Shown here: piece after piece, positions 18,001-25,003 of the stretch
Layout: the number at the start of each line of letters is the position of its first letter
Numbering within the stretch: the stretch's first letter is position 1
Assembly: GCA_038046625.1 (NCBI GenBank)
Contig: JBBSVV010000003.1
Location: forward strand, 4,017 to 68,016
Direction: 5' to 3'
From: an archaeon
GTDB lineage: Archaea; Iainarchaeota; Iainarchaeia; Iainarchaeales; Iainarchaeaceae
DNA: 64,000 bases
Position numbers and translations under genes: made by a program
The notes under the pieces: generated by a model
Seen by the model: the letters and a program-made list of their open reading frames with translations, nothing else
What the model was told of the DNA's origin: nothing
Databases searched by the model: none

Positions 18001-18041
18001 ACCGCGAGGAAAGGACAAAAGAACTTGATGATTTGCTGTGA
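14991..18041 (+). CDS. herA: HerA helicase (FtsK-HerA ATPase) interrupted by a 502-aa LAGLIDADG intein (nt 16257-17762)
   Basis: Walker A (AILAMSGAGKSYLV) and Walker B (IVVEEAHQFAP). The intein starts at Cys (SQ|CVSPETQVILSDG) and ends ...FLTHN|CNTHII, with LAGLIDADG blocks LIGHIFGDGSL / LSSLCGSECS. Start chosen at MPANNEEIG. Confidence 0.8.
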   Translation: MPANNEEIGTVISSMDGPSPSALDVVIYSGKLHRGQFVELDYSEGTLVALVTDVVKTNRYFERVESVKEFERSGTKLFEQFPTAEWEYLVAKTRPLGVYDKGLIKRSTFPPSPGTKVRVAEKETLEKFLGLDLEKGLMLGEIEHHGVFVKLNLSRLFQKHLAILAMSGAGKSYLVSVLLEELLERKKEDGRLAVIVMDAHGEYRSFAEPVPDKKHSDFSSKSRFVRASEIQIGVPKLSIGLLAALIPGLSAPQKRDLARVIERLRKEMKDGLGPFDFNAVKAEIMKDSEMKEVTKMSLIGWIMSLEQLHLFGKTDAPGISDLVKPGQLTIIDLSDVIDLKKKQIIVAYYARKLFDERRAKRVPPFSIVVEEAHQFAPERVSKEGSISKHVIETIAREGRKFGASICLISQRPVNLSTTALSQCVSPETQVILSDGQECAISDFENNYSKTKLTSCDIEKGKLEGAYISHYQKNNPKQQGKKCFEITTVAGRQLKCTGDHPIWTKGKGWVNAADLTFSDKVAILPTIKSYPGTPVLEISSDCLSGLLPSTINKQRLFEELQEKGLIDKEIEPQKILALARLIGHIFGDGSLHPPYKNKQGQHSLRITFSGSEEDLQEIKNDLAFLGFKSDQKISRQVKTSYSNFVNFGKRKIHGTSICFKTGIVGLWAILRFLGAPLGDKSNTKVCMPKWILDSHISVKREFLSSLCGSECSAIRWDGKYPDRPILPFSKVESLSGSGHLYANSLISMFQDFGVKSNLYVRDYVWRKDGAKSLQFIISINRSRNNLINFLSNVNYRYAVKKRSAGLHVLEYLKWLNIKLNQKTGLFSEVNKSVGEVGSKQTSLIYKMHKKVVENWASMGVEKLRLAPADKIPAYSYWIKEKTESLSAGLIWDDVEYIEPIVLSDVRDITVPNHHCFFANGFLTHNCNTHIILRVTNPYDLDHIKQTSEGIDQRTVDMITSLRTGEAIIVGEAVNYPVFFKVRKKTVQDSRHEKSLEASALEFEENREERTKELDDLL

Positions 18042-18191
18042 TCATCGTTCTGAAGTTTTCTGCCCGGACTTTTTTGCTGCATAAAATTTATTCATGAATT
18101 GAGTTTGTGTGCAACCTGTTGTCCTTCAGCTCCGCACCGGCAATGTGCCCCCCTTCAAAATCGCTTTTAAAGCCGGAATCCAAACTCCTGT

Positions 18192-19691
18192 ATGCTCCCA
18201 ATTGGAAAGACTTTCCTGTCCCGCATCACTTACCTTTCGGAAAAGAGGCAGGTTGTTGCGGAGTTCTCGAATTCCTCGGAAAAAATTTCCAAGCGTTACT
18301 CTTTCTTTCCCCGTATGCATTTCCCGATGGAGGGGATTTCACAGGGTTCGCTGAAGGAGGTTTTGTCGCTTTATGATTCCAGGCGCTTCAAGGTTGATTT
18401 TGAGGAAAACCGTGCCGTGATTTTTGCCGCCACGTTTTCCGACCTGAAAAAAATAAATAATTTGCTTTCGGATTCCCTGGGCTTTTCCTCGAACCTCATT
18501 GAGCCTGAGAGGCAGTTTCTCATTGACAGGGGCTGGAGCTACTTTGATTCTTTCACTTTTTCTGCGGATGAGCCGCAGAGGGTTTCATCGCTTGATTTTC
18601 CTGATGTGGCGCTCGGCTTTCTCTCCGATTCCCTGCCCATGACGATGCGTGACCTCATTTCATCCAACAGGCAGCTGGCCAGGGAAATCGCGGGCCGCGT
18701 TTCCATGTCGAGGGTACTGCGTATCCCCCTATTGTCTTCGGAAATGCACAGGGCCGCTCCGGAGGTTTTTCTGGAGAATGTTTTTTTCGCTTCAAAAATG
18801 CCTGTCCCCATTTCTCCGGAAAAAAAGCAAAGCATTCCGTTGAGGGTTCCGCATAAGACGGAAATAGATTTTTCCGCGGTTACGCCGCTGCTCTTGTGCA
18901 GGCCGTTCTCGAATGCAGGCCCGGAGACAGTGAACTGTGCCTGCTGCAGGCCGGCTTCGCTGAATGATTTCAATGTCCTTGCGGATACAATTGTGAAGGC
19001 GCGTTTTTTGCGCGAGGGCGCGTATTTCAATTCCGCGTCTTCTTTTTGGGCGGAGCAGTTCCACGTTTCAGGCCGGGACAAGGATGCCAGGTCAAGGAGG
19101 CGCGCCGAGTATAATTACCAGTTTTTTCCCGTGGGGCCTTTTTCGCGGAATGAAACGGCGGAAATTCTTTTGGCGGATGCCGTTGAGCTGCAGGGGCAGG
19201 GCATTGCCGAAATTCTCGGCGTAACGGGGTGGAGCTGGTTTTGTTCACAGAAGGAAAGCGCATTTTCAAGGGAAACGAATGCCCTGCGCGAAACCATTTC
19301 TTCCCTTGAATCTTCCCTGGATAAGGAGCATACTTCCGTTGTTGCATCAAATGGCCTGTTTTTTTCGCAGGCGCTCGAGGCGCGGCTGGATTATTTTTAT
19401 AGGAAGATTTTCCTCGAAACCGCTTCCTCGATTTTGTGTTCGGTTTCCGGCGTGCTTTCCGACAGGTCTTCGGGCTTTTTCTCCCCAAAAATAGCTGTTC
19501 TGCTGGAAGTTGCTTCTTTCCGCATCCTCAAAGGTTTTGAGGAAATATGCTCCTCGAACGGCATTGCAAGGGTTTCCACGGGACCTTCAAAAGCCTTTGT
19601 GGACTCTTCCTCGGTTACGCGCATTTTGAAGGATTTTTCCGAGGCATACAAGTTGAATAGGCCGTTTGTAAGGCTCAAAACCCGTTTTTAA
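18192..19691 (+). CDS. Hypothetical Ser/Phe-rich 499-aa protein sitting between herA and rad50
   Basis: Long uninterrupted ORF with no strong competitor. No Mre11 phosphoesterase motifs and no other recognisable domain. Confidence 0.45.
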   Translation: MLPIGKTFLSRITYLSEKRQVVAEFSNSSEKISKRYSFFPRMHFPMEGISQGSLKEVLSLYDSRRFKVDFEENRAVIFAATFSDLKKINNLLSDSLGFSSNLIEPERQFLIDRGWSYFDSFTFSADEPQRVSSLDFPDVALGFLSDSLPMTMRDLISSNRQLAREIAGRVSMSRVLRIPLLSSEMHRAAPEVFLENVFFASKMPVPISPEKKQSIPLRVPHKTEIDFSAVTPLLLCRPFSNAGPETVNCACCRPASLNDFNVLADTIVKARFLREGAYFNSASSFWAEQFHVSGRDKDARSRRRAEYNYQFFPVGPFSRNETAEILLADAVELQGQGIAEILGVTGWSWFCSQKESAFSRETNALRETISSLESSLDKEHTSVVASNGLFFSQALEARLDYFYRKIFLETASSILCSVSGVLSDRSSGFFSPKIAVLLEVASFRILKGFEEICSSNGIARVSTGPSKAFVDSSSVTRILKDFSEAYKLNRPFVRLKTRF

Positions 19692-19704
19692 CAACCCTTT
19701 CGCG

Positions 19705-19752
19705 CCGGAAACCGCCGGCGGTAGGGCGACTATCTTCGCTTTGCTCGATAGT
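19705..19752 (+). repeat. Structured repeat element, copy B
   Basis: CCGGAAACCGCCGGCGGTAGGGCGACTATCTTCGCTTTGCTCGATAGT, just upstream of rpoK. A TTTTTAACAA TATA-like stretch lies ~25 nt upstream. Confidence 0.7.
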
Positions 19753-19827
19753 AAGGTATTACGCTCGGAACTACCTTTTTTAATTCTTTGCGTAGGAGTA
19801 TTGGTAGATTAATAACTCGTTTTTTGA

Positions 19828-20043
19828 GTGTTTTTGATGGCTAAATTAACCCGTTTTGAAGTGACGCGCCTGATTAGTGCGAGGGCTTTGCAGCTTTCCT
19901 TGGGGGCGCCGGCACTCTCTAAATCAGAAAAAGAAGGGACCCCGATTGATATGGCGCGCGATGAGTTCGCGAAGAAGGTAATTCCTCTCGCGGTTTTGAG
20001 GGAGTTTCCCGACGGGCACGTTGAAAGGGTTGAGGTGAACTGA
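19828..20043 (+). CDS. rpoK: DNA-directed RNA polymerase subunit K (Rpb6/omega homolog)
   Basis: LTRFEVTRLISARALQLSLGAP matches the RpoK/Rpb6 core; ~70 aa. Confidence 0.75.
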   Translation: MFLMAKLTRFEVTRLISARALQLSLGAPALSKSEKEGTPIDMARDEFAKKVIPLAVLREFPDGHVERVEVN

Positions 20044-20238
20044 ATGGGCAAGGCCGTTCCGAAGAACATCAAGAGCAAGGCCAACACCTTGATGAGCACT
20101 TACCCTGACAAGGTTTCAAAGGATTTTGAGGCCAACAAGGTTTTCATTGATTCTTTCAAGATGCCTTTGAGCAAGGAGGAGCGCAATTTGGTTGCGGGCT
20201 TCATTGCGAGGACGAAAGCCAAGGCGTCAAGCGCCTGA
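20044..20238 (+). CDS. rps17e: 30S ribosomal protein S17e
   Basis: MGKAVPKNIKSKANTLMSTYPDKVSKDFEANK...ERNLVAGFIAR aligns to the S17e pattern (MG.VR...KR.A...YY..LT.DF..NK...RN.IAGY). Confidence 0.65.
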   Translation: MGKAVPKNIKSKANTLMSTYPDKVSKDFEANKVFIDSFKMPLSKEERNLVAGFIARTKAKASSA

Positions 20239-22272
20239 GATTTTTGTTGTCCCGTCATTTTCTTTTTCCCTTTCAAGCACGTAAAGCTTTCCTGATGCCG
20301 CATTCTCCATTTCCTTGTCATGCGTGATAATGAATATCTGCTCAATGAGTTCGGGCAGATGGTTGCGCATCATTTCGCTTAACTCGTGCACGGCATTCGA
20401 ATCCAAATTATGAGTGGGCTCATCCAGCATTATCCATCCAAGGTTCTGCGTGAGGACCAGAGAAACCGCTATCCGGATTGTTATGGCCGCGGCAGTCCTT
20501 TCACCTCCGGAAAGTATTCCCTCGACGCGTATCCACTCGCCGTTCCTTTGCCTCGCCATTATTTCGTAGCTGCCTTCATCCACAATTATTTTTGCGCTTG
20601 TTAAGTCCTTGTAAGGATAAACTTTTTCCCAGATTTCGTCCATTGCGTCGTTTATCGTTTCTATCATTGCGTTCCTCAGTTCGGCCTGTGTCGCTTTTAG
20701 CGCCTGCGTGAAGAGCGCGAGTTTTTCAACCGCGGTTTCGTTTGCCTTTATTGTTTTTTCGAGTTCTTTTGCCTGTTCAATGCCGCGCTTCATCATTTCC
20801 GCATTGTCGCGCATCTGCTTCAGAAGTTCTGAAGCAGCGCTTATTTCCGAGCTTGCTTTTGCCTTTTTTTCCCTGAGCAAAGCCATTTCTTCCCTTTGCC
20901 TGGCCATTTCCTTTTCGTCAAACCCTGTTTTGCGGATCATTTCCAGTGTTTGTTTGAGTTCCTTTTCGAGCGCGCTTTTCTGCTTTTCCTTTGCCTCCGC
21001 CTCTTTCGCGGCCTCGAAGATTTTTTTTGTTTCCTCGAGCTCCTGCTCGGTTTTCTTTTTGGCTTTTTTGTGCGCGTCTTTTTCCTTTTCGCGTTCCTCG
21101 AGCTCCTTTTCGTTCCTTTCGGTCTCTTCCTGAATTTCCCTTATTTTTGCGGTTATTTCGCGCTTTTGCCCCTCTAGCTCCTTTTCCAGCTTTTTCTTGT
21201 CATGCTCTTCCAGCGGCCTTTTGCACACGGGGCACTCGCTTCCCAGTTTTCCAGTTTCCTTTGCTGCCCTTGCGTTGGATTCGAGCAGGTTTTTTTGGAC
21301 CGCGAGCCTCTGCCTTGCCTTGGAAATTTTTTCCATTGTTTCTTTCGCGTTTTTTTCCGCCTTCAGGATTTTTTCCTCAATTTCCGAGTTTTCCTTCTGC
21401 TTTTCGCGCAACTCCTTCTCGGTTGCCTTTTTTTCCCCGATTTGTTTTCCAATCCTTTGGATGTCCTCTTTCAGTGCTTCCGTTCTGGATTTCGTTTTTA
21501 TTTCGAGTTCTTTAAGGAGGCGGTGTTCTCTTTCCTTTTTTTCCTGCTCCCCGAATTTTTCATCCTTTTGCTTCAGCTGCTTTTCGGTTTCCCCGAGCGC
21601 AACTTTTTTTTCCATGGCTTCTTTTTCCTTTTCCCGGATTTTTGTCTCGCGTTCCGCGAGCTCCTTTTCCGTGTCGCGCTTTTTGTGTTCCATGAGGAGG
21701 CTTTTCCTGTCTTCCGCCATTTTTTTTATCCGGTTTGCCAAAGTAACCGCGTTGGTGCGAACTTTTTCATAGCGGTCCAGGCCGAGCAGTTCATCGAATT
21801 TTTCCTTTCTTTGCGCGGGGCTCAGCTTCAGGAAGAAGTCTATTTGGTTTTGTTCGGAGTATATTGCGCGGCTGAACAAATCGTAGTTCACTTCGAGTAT
21901 TTCCTCTATTTTTTTGGTCACTTCGCTTGTTTTTGGCCCGGCAATTGTTTTGCCGTTTTCCTTTAGGCTTGCCTCGTTGATGCCGTTCCTTTTCAGCGTC
22001 CTTTCCACAAAGTATTCTTTTTTGTTGTAGTCGAACTCCATTTTCACTACGCTTTTTTCCGCCCTGAACGGCTTTGCCATTATTGTTTCGTCGAGGCTGA
22101 CCTTGCGCGCGTTAAGGCTCGGGAAGGTGCCGTAAAGTGCGAAGCATATGGCGTCTGTTACCGAGCTTTTTCCCGCGCCCATTTTTCCCACTATGACGTT
22201 CGTTCCCTTCACGAATTCCAAGTGGTTTTGGTGGTGGGTTTTCCAGTTCTCGAGGTAAATGCTTTTTATCAT
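20227..22272 (-). CDS. rad50: Rad50 ATPase (short, 681 aa) with a CxxC zinc hook
   Basis: N-terminal Walker A GKMGAGKSS. Zinc hook ECPVCKRPL in the middle of the K/E-rich coiled coil. C-terminal signature LSGGERTAAAI plus Walker B/D-loop MLDEPTHNLD. Confidence 0.8.
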   Translation of the reverse strand: MIKSIYLENWKTHHQNHLEFVKGTNVIVGKMGAGKSSVTDAICFALYGTFPSLNARKVSLDETIMAKPFRAEKSVVKMEFDYNKKEYFVERTLKRNGINEASLKENGKTIAGPKTSEVTKKIEEILEVNYDLFSRAIYSEQNQIDFFLKLSPAQRKEKFDELLGLDRYEKVRTNAVTLANRIKKMAEDRKSLLMEHKKRDTEKELAERETKIREKEKEAMEKKVALGETEKQLKQKDEKFGEQEKKEREHRLLKELEIKTKSRTEALKEDIQRIGKQIGEKKATEKELREKQKENSEIEEKILKAEKNAKETMEKISKARQRLAVQKNLLESNARAAKETGKLGSECPVCKRPLEEHDKKKLEKELEGQKREITAKIREIQEETERNEKELEEREKEKDAHKKAKKKTEQELEETKKIFEAAKEAEAKEKQKSALEKELKQTLEMIRKTGFDEKEMARQREEMALLREKKAKASSEISAASELLKQMRDNAEMMKRGIEQAKELEKTIKANETAVEKLALFTQALKATQAELRNAMIETINDAMDEIWEKVYPYKDLTSAKIIVDEGSYEIMARQRNGEWIRVEGILSGGERTAAAITIRIAVSLVLTQNLGWIMLDEPTHNLDSNAVHELSEMMRNHLPELIEQIFIITHDKEMENAASGKLYVLEREKENDGTTKISGA

Positions 22273-22368
22273 GCGAAAGAATTAGGTCTGGAAAAAGTTA
22301 AAATGGGAGTCTTGTGCCTTTTTGGGATTTATAGCAGGCCAATAAAATATTTTGGCGATATTTTTGGT

Positions 22369-22428
22369 CTGCTATCTAGCACCTGGCAGAGCAAAGCTCT
22401 GCCGGGCCTCGTACCCTACGGGTAGAAG
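22369..22428 (-). repeat. Structured repeat element, copy G (hairpin-module variant)
   Basis: The reverse complement aligns to 34270-34345. GTACCCGTAGGGTAC hairpin is shared. The second hairpin GGCAGAGC-tttg-CTCTGCC covaries with CGCAGAATC-ttct-GATTCTGC(A). Confidence 0.6.
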
Positions 22429-22471
22429 GAACCACATTAAAATGCCGAAAACTTTCGTGGTTTGCTATAAA

Positions 22472-22735
22472 TCAGAGCAGCGTCATACCCTCTATTTCCG
22501 CGTCCTCTACTTCTTTTAGTTTTTTCACTTCTTCAAGAACGCGGTCAATTGCCTTCTCGTCTTTCGAGTTAACCAGTATGCCGGCTTTTATTACTTCGAC
22601 GCCGAAGCCTATTGGTTCGCGTTTCACGTCCTTTACTTCGCCGCTTTTTATGCCCTTTACTGCCTTTACCGTTGCGTCAAGTTTTTCCAGGTCTTTGGCG
22701 TTTATTTTGAGAATTAGAAGCGTTTTGTCCGGCAT
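22472..22735 (-). CDS. ef1b: Elongation factor 1-beta (aEF-1beta)
   Basis: 87 aa; ...REPIGFGVEVIKAGILV... matches the archaeal EF-1beta guanine-nucleotide exchange domain. Confidence 0.7.
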   Translation of the reverse strand: MPDKTLLILKINAKDLEKLDATVKAVKGIKSGEVKDVKREPIGFGVEVIKAGILVNSKDEKAIDRVLEEVKKLKEVEDAEIEGMTLL

Positions 22736-22762
22736 CTTATCACGGGCTCAAATTAGGGCTGC

Positions 22763-22918
22763 TTACGGGCCTTCGAATCCGCATTCTTTGCACTTGTATA
22801 CGAGGCTTCTTTTGCGCGCATCCAAGCTGCGGTCTATTTTTGTGCCGCATCCAGGGCACTTGAACTCAATGAAATCGTCCGTGAGAATTTTGTTGGTTGT
22901 AATGCATGTTTTTATCAT
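22763..22918 (-). CDS. Small zinc-ribbon protein (51 aa), in the position usual for the Zn-finger gene beside ef1b in archaea
   Basis: Hand-translated: MIKTCITTNKILTDDFIEFKCPGCGTKIDRSLDARKRSLVYKCKECGFEGP. CPGC...CKEC zinc ribbon. Below the ORF-track length cutoff. Confidence 0.45.
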   Translation of the reverse strand: MIKTCITTNKILTDDFIEFKCPGCGTKIDRSLDARKRSLVYKCKECGFEGP

Positions 22919-22995
22919 TGAAAAAACCTTATTTTTAGCGGCATTATTTGTCTAGTATTCTCTATTGAGTTACCTTTAAAAAGGTTGATTTCAGC

Positions 22996-23021
22996 CTTTT
23001 TCTTTCTTGCGAGAAAGAAAA
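22996..23021. promoter_or_regulatory. TTTTTCTTTCT-tgcg-AGAAAGAAAAA palindrome upstream of the tRNA-like 5' fragment
   Basis: Same inverted-repeat family as the motifs flanking the tRNAs. Confidence 0.45.
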
Positions 23022-23103
23022 ACGCTGGCGAAAAAGAAAGAGACGGGGCATATTTTTGGCCATAGAACCTTTAATTAAGTGTTTTTCACCCATTTTTTTG
23101 CAC

Positions 23104-23140
23104 GGGCCCGTAGCTCAGCCAGGATAGCGCCCACCTCCGC
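23104..23140 (+). pseudogene. tRNA 5'-half-like fragment (acceptor + D-arm + anticodon-stem 5' strand), related to the 5' half of tRNA-Arg at 24216
   Basis: GGGCCCGTAGCTCAGCCAGGATAGCGCCCACCTCCGC aligns with GGGCTCGTCGCTA...ACGGATAAGCACCCCGCCTTCG. No matching 3' half follows. Its 3' 10 nt (CCACCTCCGC) are complementary to 23274-23283 (GCGGAGGTGG). Confidence 0.45.
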
Positions 23141-23396
23141 AATCGAATTTTTTCCTAAGACTCGGATTTTCTCGGCTTAAACCTTTGCACACTTCAACCC
23201 CTGCTTTTGGTGCAAAGGGTTTAATGCCTCCAAAACCCGCAAGACGTCTTTCGGAAAAAATTTCATCATTTAGCGGAGGTGGTCAAATGGTCGAAATTCC
23301 GATTCCAAACAAAGAAGAAATAGATTTAGCAGTAGAGGCTGAAGAGTTGACGGACAGGGAACTGTGGATTCTTAGCAAGTTTGGAGGTGATTTTGA

Positions 23397-24236
23397 ATGA
23401 ATCTCGCATCGGCAATCAGCCCTCTAAAATTGTATAATAATGCTTCAGAAGTACCTGCCATTATGGGCTTTGATTTTTCGTCAGATTTGGCCGAGGTTTG
23501 CGGCATCCATGCGGGCGACGGATACCTTCGTAATGACGGAAAAAGAAGGGAGCTAGACATCAGCGGCGGCATTGATGAAAAGGAATATTATGATTCGCAT
23601 GTCGTGCCTCTTTTTGAACGAGTTTTTGGAATAAATATTACTCCAAAATTTTTTCCAAAACGTCATACTTACGGTTTTGTAATTCGCGACAGAAACATTG
23701 TTGAGTTTATGCACTCGCTTGGGTTTCCTTATGGGGCAAAAACTTTCACAGTTTCAGTTCCTGAATTTGTTTCCAATTCCAAAAATTTGGATATACTATA
23801 TAGTTTCATTAGGGGCGCTTTTGACACAGATGGTTGCCTAGCTTTTCAAAAGAAAGTGGGAAGCGGCTATAAAAGTGAAGTAAAGAGGAAGCACTCCTTT
23901 CCTGTAGTTCAGATAAGTATCTGCTCTAAACCATTTTGTGATGGGCTGTGTTCACTTTTCAGGAAAACCGGTTTTAACTGCAAAGTTGTCATGCAGAAAC
24001 CTACTTATGACTATCAACACGTGAAATATGCCTTGTATTTGAGGGGTTATTCTAATCTTAAAAGTTGGATGCGCAACATTGGGTTCAAAAATACTTCAAA
24101 ACTATCGCGCTATGAGGTTTGGGAGAAATTCGGTTTTTGTCCTACTAACATTTCTTTTGAGCAGAGAAAACAAATATTAAATAATGAACTTGACCCCAAT
24201 TCCTTCTATAAGCATGGGCTCGTCGCTAACGGATAA
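23397..24236 (+). CDS. Free-standing LAGLIDADG-type homing endonuclease-like protein; its 3' end overlaps the 5' end of tRNA-Arg
   Basis: Motifs LAEVCGIHAGDGYL and LYSFIRGAFDTDGCL. The stop codon (24234-24236) lies 20 nt inside the tRNA. Confidence 0.6.
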   Translation: MNLASAISPLKLYNNASEVPAIMGFDFSSDLAEVCGIHAGDGYLRNDGKRRELDISGGIDEKEYYDSHVVPLFERVFGINITPKFFPKRHTYGFVIRDRNIVEFMHSLGFPYGAKTFTVSVPEFVSNSKNLDILYSFIRGAFDTDGCLAFQKKVGSGYKSEVKRKHSFPVVQISICSKPFCDGLCSLFRKTGFNCKVVMQKPTYDYQHVKYALYLRGYSNLKSWMRNIGFKNTSKLSRYEVWEKFGFCPTNISFEQRKQILNNELDPNSFYKHGLVANG

Positions 24237-24286
24237 GCACCCCGCCTTCGAAGCGGGCGATGAGGGTTCGAATCCCTCCGAGCCCG
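24216..24286 (+). tRNA. tRNA-Arg (anticodon TCG)
   Basis: GGGCTCG-TC-GCTAACGGATAAGC-A-CCCGC-CTTCGAA-GCGGG-CGAT-GAGGGTTCGAATCCCTC-CGAGCCC-G. Perfect acceptor, anticodon and T stems. The D-arm is short (3 bp). Confidence 0.7.
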
Positions 24287-24461
24287 CTGCACTTTCACGC
24301 AGAATCCTTGATTCTGCTGAAACCTGCACTAAAAAGAAAGAGTGCCGGAAAAAGAAAAGACCCCTGTTTCTGGCTCGGCAAGCCGTGCTTGGCCGGTTTC
24401 AATGTGGCCAGGGCTCGCTTTCTTTTAGGCAAGGAATTAATACTCGCAAGTAGTTGTATTT

Positions 24462-24947
24462 TTGATGAAGCCAAAAATATTGCCGCGTGCAAGAAAGTTT
24501 TTGAAAAGGCATAAAGGGAAACTAATTATCCCAGTTGGCCTTGGTATTGCGGTTGCGTCCGCTTCTTTTGGCCCGAAGTTAATTGAGCGCGGTGCAGATT
24601 ACTTGAACGCGCGCAAGGCGGATGCGATGAGGCAACACAGGCTTGACCTTACCGTTGAGCGGGGGAGGTTTGTTAATGAATTTTTTTCAAAGACCGGCGC
24701 TGTTCCTGAATCGAGAGAAGATTGCAATGCCCTCTGGGCATATTATTACAATAAAAGCCCCGCCCTGAAAGGCCTTTGGGAGCCAATTCTCAAAAAAACA
24801 AGGGAGGAAAAGCTCCGTGACCGCGTTTTTGTGCAGGAGTTCGGGGATGCAGGCCTGGAGTTTGAATTGGCGGTTGTGAGGGAAGCGCAACCGGAATTTT
24901 TTAAAAAGGCGCTTGCTTTGGACAAAGGCGCAGCGAAAAAGAAATGA
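24462..24947 (+). CDS. Hypothetical protein with an N-terminal TM segment
   Basis: 161-aa ORF; no recognisable domain. Confidence 0.35.
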   Translation: MMKPKILPRARKFLKRHKGKLIIPVGLGIAVASASFGPKLIERGADYLNARKADAMRQHRLDLTVERGRFVNEFFSKTGAVPESREDCNALWAYYYNKSPALKGLWEPILKKTREEKLRDRVFVQEFGDAGLEFELAVVREAQPEFFKKALALDKGAAKKK

Positions 24948-25003
24948 ACAACCCAAAACAATCCACTGCCTTTAGGCGTGGGTAATTCACTTTTATTGCA
25001 TGT

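Noticed and set aside
18192-19691. Considered calling the 499-aa ORF a divergent Mre11
   Set aside because: None of the five calcineurin-like phosphoesterase motifs are present. Position alone is not evidence.
19692-19760. Repeat copies A, B and C as protein-coding N-terminal cassettes (conserved TAGGFRR peptide)
   Set aside because: The apparent peptide conservation follows from the palindromic DNA (CCGCCGGCGG). Copy B is in no ORF. Only copy C plausibly contributes coding sequence, and it is reported separately.
20708-21966. Long plus-strand ORFs (20708-21133, 20991-21515, 21197-21772, 21202-21966) with F/S/L-rich translations
   Set aside because: They are antisense to the K/E-rich coiled coil of rad50. 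The reverse complement of GAA/AAG-rich codons gives TTC/CTT-rich open frames. They have no motifs, and rad50 has strong motifs at both ends.
23104-24286. A single tRNA with a ~1.1-kb endonuclease-containing intron (exon 1 at 23104, exon 2 at ~24253)
   Set aside because: Pairing exon 1 with the downstream 3' half gives mismatches in both the acceptor and anticodon stems. The downstream tRNA-Arg is complete and perfectly paired on its own. The duplication/insertion model fits better.
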